Assembly (NCBI GenBank): GCA_964016885.1
Contig: CAXHJY010000851.1
Location: 1-18,307 of the forward strand
Source: Eledone cirrhosa
Lineage: Eukaryota
Direction: 5' to 3'
Length of the DNA: 18,307 bases
Shown here: positions 1-9,494 of the stretch, in pieces
Layout: every line of letters begins with the position of its first letter
How positions within the stretch are numbered: position 1 is the stretch's first letter
Notes under the pieces: generated by a model
The model's input: only the letters and a program-made list of their open reading frames with translations
Told to the model about the DNA's origin: nothing
Database searches by the model: none
Translations under genes and position numbers: made by a program

Positions 1-9
1 TGATTGATA

Positions 10-230
10 AATTCCCCATGAAATTGATATGCAAACGACTGAGTATTTCACAGACACGTGTACTCATAACGTAATTGTCATGGAGATTGTGCGTAAAACT
101 GTTTGACAAGGCTTATCCTTTGAATAACAAGTACAGGCTTCCGTCTATCCAGTTTCACTCACAACCCATATGGTGACATTTGCCCAAGATGCCATGCAGT
201 GGGATCGAACCGTGACCTATTGAATGTTGG
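10..230 (-). mobile_element. tRNA-derived SINE family B (decayed)
   Basis: TGCCCAAGATGCCATGCAGTGGGATCGAACC is the reverse complement of B-box GGTTCGATCCCACTGC. CACAGACACGTG, TGACAAGGC and TTCCGTCTATC mirror the copy at 15413-15715. Confidence 0.72.
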
Positions 231-1294
231 TATTAGGAACTATGGTCATTCGTGTCAAAATATGTTCGTAGGTGGCAAACTTATGTGTCTATATACATAT
301 ATGTCTATTTGTAATTACACATACACAGTGTAATAAGAATTGTGTAAAATAATACATACCTAAACAATAAAGGTTATGGAAGGGGAAAACATTGTGATAA
401 ACAGACCAACAGCCTGGCAGACATATAAATATACAGAATTCACAGAAGTGAAACATCGGAAGAATATCGTATTTATCCAAATACTTTCAAATTCTGTTGA
501 AATCGAGTGACAACAAATTTTTGTCTCCTATTTCCGATCGGAAATAAAGTTGGTTTCTTTAGAATTCCCATACGTCTCTTCATCTTTGATTAGTTCTAAA
601 CTATAGTCAATATTCTCCTCTCTGACAGCTATGCTTTGTGGTAGGTTCGATCGACGTTATTAAGAAACATCTCACCTTCTTTGTCACAATCATGAATCTT
701 GAAAGGTAACCGTTTTGTTTGCTTTTGCTGTTTATTTCTTTATTTTCTATAGAGTTAACTTACTTCCGGTATGGAGTATATAGTAGCCATTGCTTCAGTT
801 GCGATCGGGATGGATTTGAGATGAATAACCAAATTGCATTAAACACTTCATCATTTCTCCATATAGATAGATTTTACATATGTTTGGATATATGAACATT
901 ATATACGTACATTATAAATATGTATATGTTATGTATGAAAAAATAGTAGTGCGTGTGTAGTTGATCTAACAGTTATCGTGTAATATTTCATTCTGCATTC
1001 GAAGTCCTAGCTTCCGTATTTCATTACCAAGTGAATAAACGTGACCGATGATGGATTAATAAATATAAAATATAGTATTTTGTGTTCTGATACGAATACT
1101 GTTGGAGTTGTGACATGATCATAGCTTAACATACTCATTGCAAGTCTGAATCAGGATGTGTTAGTGCTTACCACGTCTAATTACCACATCGTTAATTGAC
1201 GATGGAGGCTCATGTAGTTACAATTACTACTGTGACCAGTCAACATAAGGCACCATCCTTCTCCAGATCAGTATGTGTGAGCAAACATAACGTA

Positions 1295-1465
1295 TAACCA
1301 AATAATTCCTTTCATGACCATGCCTCTTTTTTTTATCGGGCATAGCAATGACTGCAATATCCAATGTGTCCTTCTAATTTTAAGACAGTATGGAATGATA
1401 TGAGTAATATTTGCCCAATATTTCTAGGAGTTCAACAGATCAAATCAAGGCTCCCTCGTTAGTTC
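1295..1465 (+). repeat. Dispersed repeat family D (unclassified)
   Basis: AACCAAA..TGACCAT..TATCCAATG..TTTTAAGACAG..TATTTCTAG..AAGGCTC. Related segments occur at 1610-1795 (-), 2881-2935 (+), 15270-15332 (-) and 16440-16520 (+). Confidence 0.62.
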
Positions 1466-1609
1466 GCTCCAGCTTATTGTAAGTGGTATTTTGTAAAAGC
1501 GTTGATGTCTGCCGGGGGACGAATATAATTCTTATTTTATACTGTCGCATTGAACTGGAATTAGTCAACTCAAATGATATAATCAATAAATGTGTGCTCT
1601 ATTATAATA

Positions 1610-1795
1610 AACGAGGAAAACAGAGAGCCTTGTTAGCTGAGAATGAATTCGAGAGGGATGACACTATAATAAACAGCAGCTAAATCTCCTGCAGCTCTAT
1701 TGTCTTAAAATAAAGGAAAAAATGCATTAGATAATGTAGCGCAACATATCTATGAAATGAGGGAATGGTCACAGTTAAAATTCGTTTGGTCAACC
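1610..1795 (-). repeat. Dispersed repeat family D, inverted relative to 1295-1465
   Basis: The minus strand reads GACCAAA..TGACCAT..TATCTAATG..TTTTAAGACAA..GAGATTTAGCTGCTG..AAGGCTC. Confidence 0.6.
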
Positions 1796-1804
1796 AGGGT
1801 TGAG

Positions 1805-2270
1805 CTGAGGCTAAACAGATCGGAAGAGCAGGTGCCATTATAGTAGCGATGGAAAAAGACACAGAAAGGAGACTACACTTTTGGAGAAACACTTGAAACT
1901 GTATTGCAATGTGAGCGTTGTCTCTTAATTTTCCGTGTGCATCTGAGATTTGTAGCGGGTTAGATGTTGGGGCTGAAGTGTTTTATCTCTGAAAAGGAAG
2001 GCCACTATACATGACACAGTCTTTACTGTGTTGAGCGTATCGCTCATCAGGAGGCAACATTAATGATAAAGAAGGCTAACATTTGAAAAGATTGTGGAGA
2101 TTCTAATTGTTTGATGTTCATTACTGCGTGGAATATAGTGTGAGAATATTTCGATGGTATGTGAAGTAATTCTGACTTTTTAGTGATGAAAGAGAAAATA
2201 TTCGTATGGCTACATTGGAGGATGCTTTCAATGTTTCTATCCAAATTGTGAGTGCAGACTTAGTGTAAAG
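1805..2270 (-). mobile_element. Decayed CR1/L2-group LINE, RT C-terminal region
   Basis: Frameshifted minus-strand peptides LDRNIESILQ, MNIKQLESPQSFQML, LNTVKTVSCIVAFLFRDKTLQPQHLTRYKSQM and VFFHRYYNGTCSSDL resemble post-RT motifs of this LINE group (LFRARK..LYKSQ; LFYRYYxGxCSxEL). Confidence 0.72.
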
Positions 2271-3777
2271 CATCTAGTTGACAAGGAGATGACGCTCAAT
2301 GAAGATCAATGTCAATGATATTTAGAACGTAATGTAGTGTAACAAAATTGTGTCAGGAATTCAAACTGCTTTATCGTGTCAAACACTCTACAACTTTTGC
2401 TGCGAAGCATGCAGATAAAATGTCAGGAAATTTAAAAGAATCTGTGAACAATTACTATATTAGTCTTAAAACCGCATCTAACAGTTATGCCAACAAGCAA
2501 CCATTGCATTGTTACTCGACTTGCTATGAAAAACAACAGCTAAAACTTCCGAAATTACATTCAAGCTTCTTTGGAAAATATTGTGAATCCCCTGCACAGA
2601 AGAAAAAACGGATGGTACTGGATGGAATGTCTCTTTGATTATACGGTAAACAACAAAACCTAATATGTATTTATTAGTTCAGCTAGACGAGTAGGGGACA
2701 CAGAGTTAGGCGTGCACGAAAAAAAAAAAACACATCCAATATACGAAGAATATTAAAGAAAATATGTTTTAAAATCCTGTTGTTGCTATTTAGTTTCAGC
2801 TCAACTCTAGGCGAGCAAACATATGGCCATCGCATTATTCGTGTCGTTATTGCAAAGTTACGACTATGATGCGCTGCCACTTTTAAATCTGTATAGTGTA
2901 ATTTGAGAGAGAATTAGCTGGTATTTCTAGCAATTTAAGTATCAGTTCAAAGGCGTACGGTGTGAGCAAAGTGGAGGTCATTCAATTCTAGAGAAACCTT
3001 CAGACCTGAATAGAAGACCAAGCACTAGTGTCAGACACCACTTGGCAGCATGTATACTAACTTACTAAGACACCGTGTGTTTGAATAGATTTGAACTGGG
3101 TTTGCTTGTATTCTTTTAATAAATATAAATTTATCCATACTTTACAAATAGGCCTCGTGACAAAACTAATTGAGTTATGATTTGCGTTCTTCTACATATA
3201 CAGCACAGAGTTGTACGTATGTTTAATAAACGGGCGCATGCAAATATATTTACAATCTATACACACACATTCTCAGTACTTTAGTATGTCAATATTGCAT
3301 AGTCGTTAGAGCGATGAATATTTGTCCCGTTTATTTTGCCTTCTATGTTCAAATTCCATCAAAGTCCATTTTGCTTTTCTTCTTTTCGGGGTGGATGAAG
3401 AAATTAGTAACCCAGCGTTGGATTTCGAATTCCAGCTATCACATCCTAGATGTTTCACTGGATCAAGGAAGTGTGTGTTGTGAGAGTGTCAGTGCTTGCC
3501 CATAATCGTCTAATCTTTATCCTCAATGATATATATGTTTCTTTCAATCATAGTGTTTATTGTTATCTTTACTCCTCAAATCTGCGTAAATATAGCCGAC
3601 CGCCTAAGATTGCTTCATATGAGGTTTTACGGGGGGGTTTCATTGATAGGGACTCAAGTCCTATCATTTCGTAATTTTTTTCTGTGATGTAGGGAAGGAT
3701 TTACACTGAGGATGCCCATAGCCGAAACATATACTACAACGCTCTAACAAATCCGTCAATTGATTGCCTCGGTCATG

Positions 3778-3907
3778 CATTTTATTTATCAACTCAAAAG
3801 CGATGAAAAGCAAAACCTTTCCCTGGCTGAATTAGAACTCAGATGTCAGGAAAAATTACTGGAAAGCATTTAATCCGATGCACCTACTGACAGCCAACTG
3901 ACCGCCT
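3778..3907 (-). mobile_element. Old SINE family A-like 5' half
   Basis: TTTATTTATCAACTCAAAAGCGATGAAAAGCAAAA...GAACTCAGA...GCCAACTGACCGCCT is a diverged reverse complement of the core and head. Confidence 0.62.
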
Positions 3908-5035
3908 GTCACTTAATACTACCTTGTGGCAATACTTGCCCTGAAGACGTCCCAGAATAAACGTAAATCGTGCAGTGGCCAAACATCTAATTTCGCGCCT
4001 TATTGTGTTTGTGCGTGATTTCTTTTCTACCTTTGAATATATAATTTGATTTTGGTTGATATTTAAAAGGTTTTATTTCATTTATATCTATGTTCCTGGT
4101 TTATTTGTTTTTGTATTGTGATGCAAATCCCCATATATTTTTTATTCATTTGGTGATATTGCGTACTTCCCAGGGAAAGAATTTATTTTTTCTGAAAAGA
4201 CCTGTTTCACTGCATGAAACAGGCCAAAGCCAAGACATGTGGGATACCCTTTTTTTAATATAGAATGTCGTACTTACACAATGTTAAGAAGCAATCCCAC
4301 CACTAAAACTCAACAACCAAAACAACTACAACTGCCATTACACAACCTCACACATTCTCCAATCTCTCACACCTCATTGCTTTTTGTTGTTGGGTTTTTC
4401 TTGTTCTCAACACTGAACCGGAGAAGGAAAAGAACCAATAACATTCTTCCACTACTGGCCTACACACTCTCCATTTTCTCTCCGCCTTCCTGTCTCCAAC
4501 TCCTTCTCCCATTCTTTTTTTTCTCTCGTTTAACAGGTAATATTTACCTGTCCCTCTGGATTGTTTAACACCTGCACAAACCGAAGCATAATGAATATAA
4601 ATTATTTTTTAACACATAGCAGGCCAAAGATTTCGTGAGGACGGGAGGGTGGATGTTATAGGATTGTAAGTACTTTCTGCACTTTTTCTTGATTCTGTCT
4701 TCTCCACTTCCCCCTGCCTCTCTTTCTCTCTTTCTTTATATATTACATCTCCCATGCCTAATTTGTCTAGTTTACTCTCTTTCTTTCCTCAAACATATTT
4801 GGGGTTATTTGTTTATTCTTACCCCCCTTCCTCAAACCGAACTACCACCCATACTTTTATACCCCCGAAAAAATCCATATATTTCCCAACGTCACACAAT
4901 AATAGATGTGAAGTGAAATATTCTCGACTTAATACAGTTAAGCGCACATCAACATGTACACACGTACACATACACGCACAGACAGGCATAAAAACGTTGT
5001 TATTCTACCCACTAGACACACATACCTACACACGC

Positions 5036-5036
<1 letters not shown>

Positions 5037-5075
<39 letters not shown>

Positions 5076-5130
5076 ATGTATGTGTGTGTGTGTGTATATA
5101 GATATGTGTATATAAATGTATATATATATA
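5037..5130. repeat. Compound (TA)n/(TG)n microsatellite
   Basis: Seen directly in the sequence. Confidence 0.97.
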
Positions 5131-5159
5131 TTCCTCCTTACGTACAAAAGGACGACTGT

Positions 5160-5546
5160 AAGACGCCTGTGTGCACGATGCTACATGGTAGTAAAACATG
5201 CTTCTCTGAATGTGCAACTTAAATGTGAGAGAAAGACAGAGCTTGGATGTACCGAGAAGATTGGTCTAAGAGGAATCCGCGGTGTAGAAGAGAGAAGAAT
5301 GCGTTGGTACGAACATGTGATAGTCGATGGGGCAAGAGGTGCCAGGAAATGCCAGTGGATGGAAGTAAGGTAGACCGAGAGAGACCGGGGCAGAGGTGGT
5401 GAGAGGTGACCTCAAATCGTTGAGATTCACATAGGAAATGACGAAGTAAAGTAGCGAATAGAGAGATGCTATGATGAAAAAAGATAGATCCAACCCATGT
5501 ATGCGTGAAAAAAACGAACCTAAAAACGACGATAATGATGATGAAG

Positions 5547-5547
<1 letters not shown>
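5160..5547 (+). mobile_element. 5'-truncated RTE-clade LINE 3' end with (GAT)n-like tail
   Basis: EKIGLRGIRGVEERRMRWYEHV...KCQWMEV resembles the RTE C-terminal RRLRWYGHV region. It is followed by AACCCATGTATGCGTGAAAAAAACG and the tail GACGATAATGATGATGAAGAT. Confidence 0.75.

Positions 5548-5594
<47 letters not shown>
5548..5594. repeat. (TA)n microsatellite between the RTE tail and the Helitron 3' end
   Basis: Uninterrupted TA run. Confidence 0.98.
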
Positions 5595-5595
<1 letters not shown>

Positions 5596-5908
5596 TAGCA
5601 GTTTAGCCCGGTGTTGCTCGGGTTTGTTTAATTGCTATGAAAAGTTACATACAGGTAAACGTGGCTTGAAAGCGAATAACCTTATCAATTAAGTGCATAA
5701 AGCAGTTGAACCGGTTATTAAAAGTTACGAACCAATTAGCATTTTGGAAAATCTATGATGGGTTAATAATCTTCCAATAGCGAATTTAGCAGACCAAAGT
5801 TGCAAGATGGTGGCCCTGATGCCGCTGGGTGTCAGATCTGTCCGCCATGGGTGACCCTACCAGGAAATAGTTTTCCAGACGGCATAGCTCCAACACCTGC
5901 ACCAACAT

Positions 5909-6178
5909 CTATAGCACCTCTTTGTAGACAATATTGCGTGACATCCCTTGAGGAGTGTAAGCAAAAAGTCCATTCCTGCTCCCTACGCGGGAACAAGCAA
6001 CATAAAGTTGGCCATGGGAGAAGCATGGCTCCCCCAAATGGATGTCCTCCACCGACAATGTTTGCCCTTGTGACTTGTCAATGGACATGGCAAAACATGG
6101 TCTCACCGGGAATTGGGATCGCCGGAAATCGAACGGGATATCTGACGCTGAGGGGAAAAGGTTCATCCTAGGCAGTGT
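5909..6178 (-). pseudogene. C-terminal fragment of Helitron RepHel PIF1-family (SF1B) helicase
   Basis: Translation TLPRMNLFPSASDIPFDFRRSQFPVRPCFAMSIDKSQGQTL...GEPCFSHGQLYVACSRVG...RNIVYKEVL* matches the typical Helitron helicase end (QFPxxxxFAMTINKSQGQ, FSHGQLYVAxSRV, NVVYxEVL). The Rep nuclease and N-terminal helicase motifs are absent. Confidence 0.92.
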
Positions 6179-6184
6179 ATTCGG

Positions 6185-6246
6185 CAGAAGTACAACACTA
6201 TGGGTGTTGTCATATTAATGACAACACCCATAGTGTTGTACTTCTG
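6185..6246. repeat. Perfect 29-bp inverted repeat with 4-nt spacer
   Basis: CAGAAGTACAACACTATGGGTGTTGTCAT (6185-6213), ATTA, then its exact reverse complement (6218-6246). Confidence 0.97.
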
Positions 6247-6501
6247 GCAATATTTAACCAATTAAAGTCGTAAAAAATAAATAATTTAAACATTCCGATT
6301 CATGTCTATAGCATTAATCTGTTATATGAAGTGTTATTTTGCGGGTTGTTATTTGCAATAAGCCGATTTAAAATACCCCAGAAATGCCGTATGTCAATAC
6401 GGAACTCCAATGACTCCCCCAGCAGTTAAATTATAGAGAGGGGGAATAATCTATTATAGAGAGAGGGAAGAGCGACGGAGAGAGTAAAGCTAAGAAACTA
6501 T

Positions 6502-6690
6502 AGGAGATTGAGAGGGGAGTAGAGAGAGGGTTGAACCTTTTAAAGAGAGTTGCAGAGGAGATTGAGAGGGGAGTAGAGGGAGGGATGAACCTTTTAAAGA
6601 GAGTTGCAACATGTATGTCGTTTCATAGATTGTTGAGGGTAGTAGAGAGAGAGATTAAGCGTGTAAGAGAGAGGGTTACAGCATGTATTT
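6502..6690. repeat. 54-bp GA-rich tandem repeat inside the Helitron (2 close copies plus a degenerate third)
   Basis: AGGAGATTGAGAGGGGAGTAGAG(A/G)GAGGG(T/A)TGAACCTTTTAAAGAGAGTTGCA starts at 6502 and 6556, with a diverged unit from ~6630. Confidence 0.85.
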
Positions 6691-7153
6691 AGTTTTATCG
6701 ATTTTTTTTCAGAGAAACAGGAAATTTTTGGCAAAGTTTATTACGCGTTGACCATCGTTGGTAAATTTGGAGCGCATTGGAAAAATAAATCATTAAAATC
6801 GGTAGAGAAATGTTTTATATATATATATAGATTATGTAGTTGCCTGAATAAAGGTATTGCATGCGGAGTGCAAACGCACAGATTAATCCAAATACGGGAT
6901 TGGAAACTAATGTTAGCCACGAAACCCTGTTGAAGATAACTATAATCTCACCCCCCCCTCTCTCTCTCAGACATGACATCTATACTTTTGTTAGTATATG
7001 TATATAACAAAGAAAGTGTGGTAAGGAACCAGGTGGACCATAACGCACCAGAGTACTCGATACTTAGGGTAGCAGAGTGGGTAAAAGCAAAAGAGTCAGA
7101 ACCCCGACGGCTGAGCTCCGGCCGTTCCGACAGCTAGATGCGAACGCAGTTCC

Positions 7154-7361
7154 TATGTATGTATGTGTATATATATGTATATATGTGTATATATATATAT
7201 ATATATGCATGTATGTATGTATGTATATATATATATATATGCATGTATGCATGTATGTATATATATATATATATGCATGTATGTGTATATATGTATGTAT
7301 ATATGTATGTATATATGTATGTATATATGTATGCATATATATGTACATATATGTATATATA
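7154..7361. repeat. Compound (TA)n/(TATG)n microsatellite
   Basis: Seen directly in the sequence; it explains the six overlapping YI/MY-rich ORFs. Confidence 0.97.
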
Positions 7362-7389
7362 ACAAACCACTCCTTTTTTCTCTACGTCT

Positions 7390-8785
7390 GTACAAAACCT
7401 GTCAAAATTTATCAAGCTTCATGCACACACTATAATTGCATCGTCCTACATCTACCTGGGACATGAACACTAGCACACAAACCCAAAACACACATCCCAC
7501 AATAACATCACCCACTCCAAATATTAAATCAAACGCTCAAATCTGGAATCCTAAAATCTGCCAAAATCTGCCGGTATTCACAACGGGAGAGATTATGTCT
7601 GAAGCATGATTGTCCCTTCACACAACATCCAGGGACTCGACGCACTAACAGAAATGGGCCTCCACGCCAATATCTAGCCCACAGTAAAATCATCCCCTGC
7701 TGTAGTAATGCTGGTCCAGACTTTTCCCCAAGGTACAAAATCACAAACTAAAGTGGAAATATTATCCAACAATGCCTCACCCCCAGTCAGCCACTCATTA
7801 AACGATAGAACTCTTTTTTTTTTAGCCATGATGAATCTGGCAAAAAAGATGCAAACAAAACTTCTATCTATCACACATCGCCAACCTATACTATTACCCC
7901 AGTGCATCAGCTCGCGCATTAATTGTTTAATACAACAGTGTCATTCTGGTAGCATGTTGATGATGGGAGACCCAGTGTTGATTGGTCTACAAAAGATTTG
8001 AAACCAGATGAGTTTTTTTTCTGTCCCAGCCTGTTTTTGAACCAACGAAATATCAGAAAAAATATTTTGGACCTAGTGTTTAGTAACCACACTGACACTA
8101 TAGACAATATTACCGTGGAAAAGCCCCTTCTCTCAGACAACGAAGTGGTTTTCTGTAACCTAAGATTCCACGAGCCGAAAGTTAAACACAATGACCTCTC
8201 TCTAGCCCATCCATTTGATAATATGAACCTTCATAATGCAAACTTTGATGCAATCACTACGATCTATTCCAAGTTAACTTGTCTTTCACACACACTCACC
8301 TCCATCAATATCAAAACATCTTGTCAGATATTTGTAGACAGTTACAAATATAAGTGCAAAACATACCCCATCAAGATCTGTGGACAAAACAGAAAGAAAA
8401 CTATTATACAAAAATAAAAAGAATTACCAAAGGTCATCAAACTTAAATACTGCCATTAGCATCACACATTCTATTGCATTGCTCGAATAGAAAAATTATA
8501 ATCTCCAAAAATGCATGAAAACTGACATCAATAACAGCTAAGGAGGAATAAGCCATTGAGAAAATCAAATTTAATCCCAAAGTGTTATTTTCAAATACTA
8601 AAAAACACAAGACACTTGCCCCCCTGATTGATGAAAATGGCACACTCCAAAATAATGCGAAAACCATGGGTGAGATACGGGAGAAAAAATACTGCTCTAT
8701 TTTCAGCAATCCTGATTTGGTTGCTCTGGGCTTCATCAGCAATATTAACCTCCAACACACTATATCTGACGAAACGTTTGGCACA
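7390..8785 (+). mobile_element. Decayed CR1-group LINE 5' part: ORF1 Cys/His remnants, AP-endonuclease end and linker
   Basis: KICRYSQRERLCLKHDCPFTQHPGTRR (7563-7643); MLMMGD; RKNILDLVFSNHTDTIDNITVEKPLLSDNEVV (APE C-terminal LDLV..SDH motif); IKFNPKVLFSNTKK..LIDENGTLQNNAKTMGE..YCSIFS (EN-RT linker). Multiple stops and frameshifts, and no RT domain. Confidence 0.78.
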
Positions 8786-8965
8786 CCTGAAGATTTGTGC
8801 ACGGGGCACGGCTAAGGTGCCGCTCAGACTGGTGTGTAATTTCTGTCCCTCAATCTCTTTTGTTTGTTGATTCTTCTTCCATTTTCTCCTTTTTGTTTTG
8901 AATTTTTTCTTCTTTTTCTGTCCCCATTTAAAAGTGTGTATCGTAATTATTAGATACTGCTCAAT

Positions 8966-9186
8966 GGCAGTGAATTGGCAGTATCGGTAAAGTGTCGGAG
9001 ACCATGATTGGTGGCATAGAGATACGTCCCTTTTCGTTCTGAGTTCAAATCACGCCGAGGTTAACTTTGCCTTTCATCCTTACGGGGTCGATAAAATAAA
9101 ACACCAGTAATACACTGGGGTCAAAATAATCGACTTTCCAATTCCGCCAAATTGCTGGCGTTGTGCCTATAGTAGAAATCATTATT
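8966..9186 (+). mobile_element. tRNA-derived CORE-type SINE (family A, long 3' variant), full length with 20-bp TSD
   Basis: Head GGCAGTGAATTGGCAG, B-box-like GAGTTCAAATC, core TTTGCCTTTCATCCTTACGGGGTCGATAAAATAAA and an ATT tail. Flanked by identical ATTATTAGATACTGCTCAAT at 8946-8965 and 9181-9200. Confidence 0.9.
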
Positions 9187-9494
9187 AGATACTGCTCAAT
9201 AATTTTTTATATAATCTCAATGACTTTTCATGACATTGAGAGATTTTCTATATTGAATAAATAATTTGGTCTATCATATTAAGCAGATAATGGGTTGTTG
9301 TTGAAGTTTGCTTGGTGGATTTGGGGATGGACATTTCGTTTTGGTAAAAGATACTGAATAATTAAGCTATTCTTACTCAACGAAGGTGGGACAGGGGCGA
9401 AATTGAAGAGTGCAAGGAAGGAAGAGAAGAATGTGTCTGTTTGTATATATATATGAACAGAGGGAATTGAAATGTAGTCGTTAAAACGCAAATG

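Larger units (their letters stand above)
5595..6831 (-). mobile_element. Non-autonomous (internally deleted) Helitron with both termini
   Basis: The minus strand begins TCTATATATATATATAAAAC at 6831 and ends AAACCCGAGCAACACCGGGCTAAACTGCTAG at 5595, with a subterminal CCCG..CGGG hairpin (5607-5622) 8 nt before CTAG. It sits between A and T with no TSD and contains a RepHel helicase remnant. Confidence 0.88.

Noticed and set aside
2010-2052. Minus-strand CTGATGA-GCG-ATA-CGC..CACAGT-AAAG-ACTGTG-TC, resembling a hammerhead with twin hairpins
   Set aside because: It lacks GAAA and stem I, and the same bases translate as LNTVKTVSCIVAFLFR, collinear with the surrounding LINE RT remnant.
2348-2638. 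96-aa ORF
   Set aside because: TTG start, no recognisable motif and no supportable splice context. A BLASTX or RNA-seq check would be needed to call it.
4552-4592. Possible further hammerhead relic (CTGGATT-GTTT..AAAC-CGAAGC)
   Set aside because: Both core boxes are mismatched, so it is too weak to distinguish from chance.
5909-6166. Host PIF1 helicase exon
   Set aside because: It is enclosed by Helitron termini and ends in the Helitron-type NIVYKEVL stop.
5800-6171. 123-aa plus-strand ORF
   Set aside because: It is the antisense shadow of the Helitron helicase fragment and has no recognisable domain.
7064-7466. Six overlapping ORFs rich in Y/I/M/H/C/V
   Set aside because: They are translations of a TA/TATG microsatellite. 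The same applies to the ORFs at 4754-5217, 5471-5692, 11007-11757 and 16076-16339.
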